IMG/VR virus record: IMGVR_UViG_645058835_000001
Span: 1 to 13,104 of that record
From: a virus
Taxonomy: Duplodnaviria > Heunggongvirae > Uroviricota > Caudoviricetes
DNA length: 13,104 bases
Direction: 5' to 3' (one strand)
The position numbers and the translations under genes were made by a program. The notes below the pieces were generated by a model that did no database searches, was not told the origin of the DNA, and saw only the letters and a program-made list of their open reading frames with translations. Shown piece by piece: positions 1 through 5,992 of the stretch. Numbering within the stretch: the stretch's first letter is position 1; every line of letters begins with the position of its first letter.

Positions 1-1230
1 ATGTTTAACAAAATGGATGTAACCAAACTGAACCTCCCGAAGGTTGATATAGAAGAAATGCTTCGAAGGATAAATTCAGGAAAAGCCATTTTATTTACCG
101 GGGCAGGTTTTTCACGTAAAACAAAAAATATAACAAATGGTGAACCACCTCTTGCAAAAGCGCTATCTAAGAAAATAAGTCAGCTCGCAGGGTTAGGTTC
201 TGATAATGAAGATTTAATGTTCACTTCTCGTTTCTTTCTGAAGCACGGAAATAAAAGCGAACTTCTTAAACTATTAAAAGATAATTTTGTGTTGCGTGAA
301 GTTTCTGAATATCATGAGAAAATTTGTTCCTTACCATGGCGAAGGTTTTACACTACAAATTATGATAATTCTATTGAATTGGCATGTCTCAAAACCGGAA
401 GGAGAGTTGAGTCATTGGATATTGATGACCTTCCAAAGGATCATATTTCTCAAGGTGATTTATGTGTACATCTTAATGGCGCTATTGATAAAGCGATAAT
501 ATCCGACCTCGATTCTAAAATAAAGCTTACAAACTCATCTTATCTTTCCCCTCAATCTTTCATTAGCTCCCAATGGAATTACGTTTTTAAAAGAGATCTT
601 GAAACAGCAAGTGCTGTAATATTTGTAGGATACTCCATGTATGATATGGATGTACAAAGATTGCTCTACCAGACAGATAGTCTGGTAGAAAAGACATATT
701 TTATAGTTCATGAAAATGCTAGTTTCCAGGAAACATTTTTTTTGACTGACTTCGGACACGTTTTACCTATTGGAGTAGAAGGCTTTTCTAATTTAATCAA
801 TGATATTCAATTTCAATCCAATGAAAATCGAGAAGAAATATGTCTAGATTGTTTTGAATTAAAAGAAATTAGTTACAATCATGAAACAATTACAGATACT
901 GAAATAAAAGATTTTTTACTCTTTGGAAAGCATGATGATAATCAGATTAACACTTCTGTAAGCAATGATTTTTTAGATAATTTTTTGATAAATCGCGATC
1001 TACTTAAAGAAACTATAAGGTTAATTCAATCCAAAAATAATATTCTTATTCATAGTGAGTTAGGAAATGGTAAAACCGTTTTTCTTAAAATGATAACTTA
1101 TCTGCTCGCTCGTGAAGGATATAATGTTTATACCTTCTCTGAAAAAAGTGAATATGATGATGAATTATCCGAAATTGATTGGATCGTAAAAAAACAAAAA
1201 AAATGTAGTAATTGTGATCGAAGGTTATAA
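1..1230 (+). CDS. SIR2-like (SIR2_2-type) domain protein, N-terminal part of a SIR2-P-loop NTPase; the reading frame terminates inside the NTPase domain
   Basis: 409-aa ORF starting at ATG at position 1 (true start could lie upstream of the window). Motifs in the usual SIR2 order: AILFTGAGFS, RFYTTNYDNSIE, CVHLNGAID, VIFVGYSMYDMD. A beta-strand plus Walker A-like P-loop (ILIHSELGNGKTVFLKMITYLLAREG) sits only ~55 aa before the stop, so the NTPase domain cannot be complete in this ORF. Confidence 0.75.
   Translation: MFNKMDVTKLNLPKVDIEEMLRRINSGKAILFTGAGFSRKTKNITNGEPPLAKALSKKISQLAGLGSDNEDLMFTSRFFLKHGNKSELLKLLKDNFVLREVSEYHEKICSLPWRRFYTTNYDNSIELACLKTGRRVESLDIDDLPKDHISQGDLCVHLNGAIDKAIISDLDSKIKLTNSSYLSPQSFISSQWNYVFKRDLETASAVIFVGYSMYDMDVQRLLYQTDSLVEKTYFIVHENASFQETFFLTDFGHVLPIGVEGFSNLINDIQFQSNENREEICLDCFELKEISYNHETITDTEIKDFLLFGKHDDNQINTSVSNDFLDNFLINRDLLKETIRLIQSKNNILIHSELGNGKTVFLKMITYLLAREGYNVYTFSEKSEYDDELSEIDWIVKKQKKCSNCDRRL
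1188..1203 (+). repeat. Homopolymeric A7-C-A8 tract at the junction of the two SIR2-NTPase reading frames (candidate slippage or frameshift site)
   Basis: Read directly: cgt aaaaaaa c aaaaaaaa tgt. Frame 1 stops at 1228-1230; frame 2 is open from 1190. Removing one A joins them with no stop codon. Confidence 0.9.
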
Positions 1231-2482
1231 TAAAGCAGAACGATTGCTAAATCATATTAATATCAATTATCCTGATGAAATATCGATAATAATTACTGAT
1301 AGAAGTGCAATTGCTTTAAGAACAGCTTACTTCATCAATTCATTAGATATTGAGTTTTCTGAAGTTAGTTTAGATCAGTTAACCGAATCTGAAATTTCTG
1401 ATTTTGTTGATTTGATAGAAAATCAAGGTCTGTGGTCAGAACTTACATCATTGTCAAAGATTAACAAAATCAAAAAAGTTAAAGAAGATTACAATGGCCA
1501 AATCTCAGGGATATTATTAGGTTTACTTAAAAGCCCTTCAATTCAAGAAAGAATCAAATATTTAACAGATGAGTTGTTTAAATCTCAAGAGTATAAAGAT
1601 ACTGTGTTTGCCATAGCATTATGTGACATAATTGATGTAAGAAAAACATCTTCTATTATTTCTGAAATGGCAGGGAATGATAGTATTTATAAAATGAGTC
1701 TTAGATCAAGTGATCAGTTCAAATCTTTATATCGGTTCACAGAAAGCGGTACTGCAATTGAGACAAAATCAAGTCTAATGTCTCTTACGATCATAAATAA
1801 TAGTTTTAATGTGAGCTATGTTAGACATAAACTACTATCAATAGTCGAGACATTTAACAATCTTAAAAATGTATCGTATGATGCAAATAAAATATTTAAA
1901 TCTTTACTAAGGTTTCATGTTTTAGAAGTTTTGCTACCGCAAAAGCAAAAAGCATTGGATAGCTATTACATGGAATTGAAGCGGGTTTGCCCGTGGCTTA
2001 CTGACTCCCCACACTATTGGGTACAATATGCTATGTGTAGACTTTCAATAGGAGATTTAGACTCTGCTCAAACCTATTTAAATGATGCATACTCTTTAGC
2101 TAGATCAAAAGAAGATTATCATACGGAAAATATTGATACGCAGCAGGCTAGATTGCTAATAATGAAGTGTTTAAAAGAACCTGACTCTGGTAAGTGCTTT
2201 GATAGTTTCATCGAAGCTCATAACATACTTATTGGATTGCCTGATGATGGTTATAAGTATAGACAAATAATTCCGTATAAAGATGTCTATGAGCTAAAGT
2301 ATAAACACTTTAATAAAGGTAATAAAGTTCAATTTGAACATGCTTGCAAGGCTCTTTTAGCTCAAGTAAGTTCCGTTGATTACCACCAAGATGATCTTAC
2401 TTTAATTAAAAGAGTATCATTTATAAATAGAAGCAAGGTTATTTTAGAGGAAATAGTAAAAAGTATAACATCCAATAGATGA
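1214..2482 (+). CDS. Continuation of the same SIR2-NTPase protein (rest of the NTPase domain plus an alpha-helical, TPR-like C-terminal region); probably not an independent gene
   Basis: 422-aa ORF in the +1 frame relative to 1..1230, overlapping it by 17 nt. It begins at GTG with no Shine-Dalgarno and has no in-frame ATG for ~140 codons. Its frame opens at 1190, inside the A7-C-A8 tract. Helical repeat-like sequence near the C-terminus (YWVQYAMCRLSIGDLDSAQTYLNDAYSLA). Confidence 0.6.
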   Translation: MIEGYNKAERLLNHININYPDEISIIITDRSAIALRTAYFINSLDIEFSEVSLDQLTESEISDFVDLIENQGLWSELTSLSKINKIKKVKEDYNGQISGILLGLLKSPSIQERIKYLTDELFKSQEYKDTVFAIALCDIIDVRKTSSIISEMAGNDSIYKMSLRSSDQFKSLYRFTESGTAIETKSSLMSLTIINNSFNVSYVRHKLLSIVETFNNLKNVSYDANKIFKSLLRFHVLEVLLPQKQKALDSYYMELKRVCPWLTDSPHYWVQYAMCRLSIGDLDSAQTYLNDAYSLARSKEDYHTENIDTQQARLLIMKCLKEPDSGKCFDSFIEAHNILIGLPDDGYKYRQIIPYKDVYELKYKHFNKGNKVQFEHACKALLAQVSSVDYHQDDLTLIKRVSFINRSKVILEEIVKSITSNR

Positions 2483-2489
2483 TTTTTAT

Positions 2490-2514
2490 AAAGCAGTGGT
2501 TAATACACTGCTTT
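2490..2514 (+). terminator. Hairpin terminator candidate downstream of the SIR2-NTPase gene
   Basis: AAAGCAGTG (2490-2498), loop GTTAATA, CACTGCTTT (2506-2514): a 9-bp perfect stem starting 8 nt after the TGA at 2480-2482, followed by TATATTG. Confidence 0.5.
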
Positions 2515-2781
2515 ATATTGAGTTTCATGAATACACCATTACTGTTATTCAGTACTCATGGCTAGCGTTCTGGTATGTACTCGAGGATATTCTCCGACAT
2601 ATCGGGTTTTAAATACTCAAAACCTCAAGTGAGCGCTTTTATGACGCGCTTTTTGTATTGTTAACCCAACCGTAATCTACAGACAAAAAACCATCAGAAT
2701 CGTGCATAGGCGCTCAAATTTCACGGCTGGGGATTTCTACGTGCATTCAACCCAAAAAGTGACCGAAAAAGTGCTTACAGA

Positions 2782-2803
2782 GTTGACGTTACGTTGACGT
2801 TGT
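2782..2803. repeat. Tandem direct repeat GTTGACGTT x2 with 11-bp period (iteron-like); further TGACG cores at 2884-2891, 2972-2978 and 3005-3010
   Basis: Read directly: aGTTGACGTTacGTTGACGTTgt. Confidence 0.8.
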
Positions 2804-2830
2804 TTTCTGGTGATTTTTGCTCAGTGGTTG

Positions 2831-2856
2831 TTATTATATGTTTGATTATTATATGT
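2831..2856. repeat. AT-rich direct repeat TTATTATATGT x2 with 15-bp period
   Basis: Read directly: TTATTATATGTttgaTTATTATATGT. Confidence 0.8.
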
Positions 2857-2871
2857 ATTTTTAATGTATTG

Positions 2872-2911
2872 CTCACTTCAAACTCACGTCAACTCACTCT
2901 TATAGAGTGAT
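2872..2911. repeat. Three CTCAC repeats at ~10-bp spacing running into a 7-bp-arm palindrome TCACTCT-TAT-AGAGTGA (2895-2911)
   Basis: Read directly: gCTCACttcaAACTCACgtcAACTCACTCTtatAGAGTGA. Confidence 0.8.
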
Positions 2912-3024
2912 TAATTTCTATAAGTACTTTATCTCAAAATTTGATTTTTACGGATGGAAGCCCATCAAAGTAACGTCATTTTTTTCTAAGACTTTGATCT
3001 TTCGTTGACGGTGTTAGTGGGGAC

Positions 3025-3054
3025 TTCGGTCATCGAGCGCAATGCGCTCTTCTG
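3025..3054. repeat. Imperfect 30-bp palindrome with a perfect central 15-bp core GAGCGCAATGCGCTC flanked by GGTCA/TGACC
   Basis: Read directly: GGTCAtcGAGCGCAATGCGCTCttcTGACC. Confidence 0.75.
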
Positions 3055-3188
3055 ACCGTTTCAATGGATAGGTTCGCCTTCTTGCGCCTCTCGCGGCGTT
3101 TGCCGGCTCCGCGCTTTTGGCGGTTTGGCAGGCATATCTCTCTTATTATTGGTCGTTTTTTGCACTGCCTTGTCACGATCTGTCACTA

Positions 3189-4241
3189 CTAGTAGTAATG
3201 GTCATAACCTCCGCTTTCTCTTCTGGCTCTGGATGCTCTCACTCGTGCTTTTCTTAACATCCTTAACAGCGGGTGGGTTTGTACTTTGTTCGAGTTTATT
3301 ATCTGTGAGGATAGTAACTCCCTGCGCTCTGTCTCTGCCTCTTTGGTGACCGCTATCACTGATAAATCCCAATCGTGTTTGCTAATTAACGGTGCTTGGA
3401 ACGGGGTGATTGGTGAGCGATTTATGTCTTGTCGTTTCAATGTACGCTGTATCTGTCGCTTAGCTTTGTAGTTGTCTTTCCTTGATGCCTGAACGGCTTT
3501 TAGTATGCGTCTTACAGCATGAAAGCCAGTGATAGAAAGTGTTTCTTTTTTTATCACATGCCGCGCCCAGCCATTCGAATAACCCCAAACGTTGGCATCT
3601 GACCAATCATATAGGCTCTTGCTCGCCTCTCTATTAAAGTCATTTAACTTAGTTTCGGGCTTTGCCATGTAATCAATCTGTTTACCTATACACTTTGTAG
3701 GCTCTGAATATTGCTGACCTTTCAAATCTAGATCCCACTGGGGAGGAACATTTGATGGGATTGCATTGTTTGCCAGTGTTACCCATTTGCTGACAATTTT
3801 GCCAGCTTGCCCATTAATGCTTCTTTCGTTCACCATGATTATTGCGTGTACATGCGGCTCTGACTGGTGTTGAGCCCACTCCATGACGTAAACCCACTGA
3901 TTGCCTTTCGAAGTCAACCATCTGGTAAGTGCCTTTAACGCTTTGTTGAATTTCTCTGGCGTTGTTCCCTTAACGGGTCTGAAGGTAAAGGAGTAGGGGA
4001 TACCACTAGTTGATTCGACATCCAGAGTAAACAAAGCTCGCCTCATTGTACGCCATTTCTTCTTTGTCCAGGCTGGTGGTATGCAGTGGTTAGCCTTTGA
4101 TGATTGGCGTTTATTCTCTGCCTTTAATTCATTACGTTTGTGCGTAACTGATTTCACATAAGCTAATGTGCGACCATTGATGTGATTGATTACGGCTTGT
4201 GATTTTGTGGATAGACTCGCGTCTTTATCGTATAATTCCAT
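3189..4241 (-). CDS. HUH-endonuclease-type rolling-circle replication initiator-like protein (YfjJ/YagK, inovirus Gp2-like family)
   Basis: 350-aa ORF. Motif order typical of RCR Rep proteins: RALFTLDV / YSFTFRP (motif 1-like), EPHVHAIIMV (HUH), KQIDYMAKPETK (catalytic Tyr-x-x-x-Lys). Basic C-terminal tail. Last gene of a coupled leftward operon. Confidence 0.6.
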   Translation of the reverse strand: MELYDKDASLSTKSQAVINHINGRTLAYVKSVTHKRNELKAENKRQSSKANHCIPPAWTKKKWRTMRRALFTLDVESTSGIPYSFTFRPVKGTTPEKFNKALKALTRWLTSKGNQWVYVMEWAQHQSEPHVHAIIMVNERSINGQAGKIVSKWVTLANNAIPSNVPPQWDLDLKGQQYSEPTKCIGKQIDYMAKPETKLNDFNREASKSLYDWSDANVWGYSNGWARHVIKKETLSITGFHAVRRILKAVQASRKDNYKAKRQIQRTLKRQDINRSPITPFQAPLISKHDWDLSVIAVTKEAETERRELLSSQIINSNKVQTHPLLRMLRKARVRASRARRESGGYDHYY

Positions 4242-4268
4242 GTGTAAAGTTCATATATTTCAATTGCT

Positions 4269-4655
4269 TCAAAGCCGACTCTCGCAAAGTCGGCTTTCTG
4301 CTTTGTCAATCACAGGTATCTGTCTCCTCATCCGTTCTATTGCATGATTGAACCCTAAGTCTTCCGCGAGAGATACGTCATCCATATTGTCATTGTCATC
4401 CTCAATATCCCGTGATTCTGGAATTGCAGACTTTATTCCCGCATTCTCCGCCGCCAGCGCCGCGCACTTGGCCTCAAGGTTATCAATCGTGATTCCAGCA
4501 GAACGGCACTCCCGCAACGCCGTTTCTAGTTTTGATTCAAGTTCACCGAACTTACGGACAAGATATTCAGCGTTTGTTTCGTTAACATTTAAATCACTTG
4601 GGATGCATTTACCTTTCAGAAATCCATCCATCTCAATTAGTGTCATTTGTTTCAT
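4269..4655 (-). CDS. Hypothetical protein (128 aa), acidic C-terminal half
   Basis: ORF with GGAG-like Shine-Dalgarno upstream of the ATG at 4655; its ATG overlaps the stop of the upstream 54-aa ORF (ATGA). Confidence 0.55.
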   Translation of the reverse strand: MKQMTLIEMDGFLKGKCIPSDLNVNETNAEYLVRKFGELESKLETALRECRSAGITIDNLEAKCAALAAENAGIKSAIPESRDIEDDNDNMDDVSLAEDLGFNHAIERMRRQIPVIDKAESRLCESRL

Positions 4656-4816
4656 TTCTTCCCACTCCGCAACATCGCATTCAGATATTTGTTTTGATTC
4701 ACTGATGGAAAAGAATTTCTCTTAAGCAATTCCTCTCTCGATGGCATTGGCTTTACGCGTTGGCGAATAATCATTTCTGCCGGAAGAATGCCGGGATTGT
4801 ATGCAAGTCCTCTCAT
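4652..4816 (-). CDS. Small hypothetical protein (54 aa, [54 protein letters not shown]), not in the supplied ORF track
   Basis: Hand-translated from the minus strand with no internal stop. Its ATG (4816-4814) overlaps the TGA of the upstream gene (ATGA) and its TGA (4654-4652) overlaps the ATG of the downstream gene (ATGA), so it exactly fills the gap between two accepted genes. Confidence 0.5.
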   Translation of the reverse strand: MRGLAYNPGILPAEMIIRQRVKPMPSREELLKRNSFPSVNQNKYLNAMLRSGKK

Positions 4817-5103
4817 GATTTACTCTCCACGAACTGGTCAATAGCCATGCTAAGTGACACACCTAAAGTCTCGATATGCTGCTGAATATCCTGTAGCGTC
4901 TGCGCCTGAGATAACAGGATTTCACGGTTGCATAATTCTTTAACCAGATGCTCAAACTTGCTGTAATAACCGATACGGCTTAGTGTTTCTTTCCCTGCAT
5001 TCTCGCCTTCTTTGATAATTCCTCTTTCGCTAAGAATCAGATCGTGTTTGGTTCCGGTAATAACGTATTTTCCGAGGTCGATGTTTAGCTTCATTGTTTT
5101 CAT
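4813..5103 (-). CDS. Hypothetical protein (96 aa; start at [13 protein letters not shown] rather than the longer track ORF)
   Basis: GAGGAA Shine-Dalgarno 6-7 nt upstream of the ATG at 5103-5101; begins 10 nt after the stop of the upstream gene. Confidence 0.6.
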   Translation of the reverse strand: MKTMKLNIDLGKYVITGTKHDLILSERGIIKEGENAGKETLSRIGYYSKFEHLVKELCNREILLSQAQTLQDIQQHIETLGVSLSMAIDQFVESKS

Positions 5104-5113
5104 TGTTAATTCC

Positions 5114-5407
5114 TCAGTCATTACTGATAGCGCCATAGCGTGAGCGGTAATTACGCAGGCGCGGGTCAATTTCAGGGAAGTGTGTATATGTTGCTTTGCG
5201 GAATGGTCGGATTGATGTCTGGTAAATTCGCTCGCGTTCTTCTTTCTCTGCAAGCCATATACAGTGGCGAAATTCCTTTTCCTCTTTCGTTTCCTGCGGT
5301 AGAGACATTATTCGATCGTAGTTTTTTCTGAATTTATCCAGCACCTCCGATACGGAATTGCCGGAACAGCGGCGTGGGTCATCCGCACCATACAGAGGCG
5401 CTGGCAT
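5114..5407 (-). CDS. Hypothetical protein (97 aa)
   Basis: ORF with AAGGA Shine-Dalgarno ~8 nt upstream of the ATG at 5407; same strand and tight spacing with neighbours. Confidence 0.6.
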   Translation of the reverse strand: MPAPLYGADDPRRCSGNSVSEVLDKFRKNYDRIMSLPQETKEEKEFRHCIWLAEKEERERIYQTSIRPFRKATYTHFPEIDPRLRNYRSRYGAISND

Positions 5408-5430
5408 AATTAAATCCTTATTTTTCTAAA

Positions 5431-5814
5431 TCAGAATGGGATGGAATCGTCGTATACAGGAGTGTTCTGCTGGTTACTACTTTGCTGCTGCGGGCCATTT
5501 CCTGAAGCTGCAAATCCAATCTTTGCATTCAGTAATTCAAGAGTGATTGATTGACCATTTTGCCCCTGATAAACATCAACCCTGATGTTTTCTCCGGTAA
5601 TTTCCACAATGCCACCTTCAACAAGAACACTACGGTAGTAATCCGCTTGCGCTCCCGGCTTGGCAAATACAACGGCGCTGTAGTTTGTCCATTCTTTCTT
5701 TTTTGTCTGGCGATCGTAATACTGAACGCCAGCACGGATGTTGAATCCGATATTTTCCCCGGCCTGAAACTCTCTTGCGGGCTTGTTTAGTCTTACAGTA
5801 ATCGAATGTGCCAT
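5431..5814 (-). CDS. Single-stranded DNA-binding protein-like (short OB-fold SSB with an acidic C-terminal tip)
   Basis: 127 aa from MAHSITVRLNKP. C-terminus ...NTPVYDDSIPF resembles the conserved SSB tail DDDIPF; a Gln/Asn/Gly-rich linker precedes the tail. GGAG upstream of the ATG at 5814-5812. Confidence 0.55.
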   Translation of the reverse strand: MAHSITVRLNKPAREFQAGENIGFNIRAGVQYYDRQTKKKEWTNYSAVVFAKPGAQADYYRSVLVEGGIVEITGENIRVDVYQGQNGQSITLELLNAKIGFAASGNGPQQQSSNQQNTPVYDDSIPF

Positions 5815-5951
5815 TAAGCAGCCGCTCCTTCTAATTCGTCTCGTCTGATGTTGTAAACGCCCTGCGCTTTGTGCTGCTCCGGTGTGCCTTCGAGCATCTT
5901 CCACGCTTTGGCGAACGCCTGTTTAAGCTCTTCTACGGTGTTTTTCTGCAT
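5814..5951 (-). CDS. Possible small leader ORF (~45 aa, MQKNTVEELKQAFAKAWKMLEGTPEQHKAQGVYNIRRDELEGAAA) coupled to the SSB-like gene; start uncertain
   Basis: Its TAA stop (5816-5814) overlaps the SSB-like ATG (TAATG). No convincing Shine-Dalgarno; the longer track version (to 6113) overlaps the DnaB-like ORF on the opposite strand. Confidence 0.25.
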   Translation of the reverse strand: MQKNTVEELKQAFAKAWKMLEGTPEQHKAQGVYNIRRDELEGAAA

Positions 5952-5992
5952 TGCTGCGTCAGTGAATGCTTTTAGAACCTGTTCAGGTGTAG

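Noticed and set aside
287-759. Track ORFs 287..499 (+) and 535..759 (-) inside the SIR2 ORF
   Set aside because: Fully nested in, or antisense to, a gene with clear domain motifs; low-complexity AT-rich translations; no start signals.
3060-3135. 24-aa basic minus-strand ORF (MPAKPPKARSRQTPREAQEGEPIH) just downstream of the Rep-like gene
   Set aside because: Too short and without independent support; more likely a chance reading of the GC-rich block.
3125-3471. Track ORFs 3125..3349 (+) and 3286..3471 (+)
   Set aside because: Antisense to or overlapping the Rep-like gene; hydrophobic, low-complexity translations; the first starts at TTG in a GC-rich non-coding stretch.
4348-4725. Track ORF 4348..4725 (+)
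   Set aside because: Antisense to the coupled minus-strand operon (the 128-aa and 54-aa ORFs); Ser-rich low-complexity product.
5140-5790. Track ORFs 5140..5331 (+), 5529..5735 (-), 5551..5790 (+)
   Set aside because: Overlap the better-supported 97-aa and SSB-like genes in other frames or on the other strand; no ribosome-binding sites.
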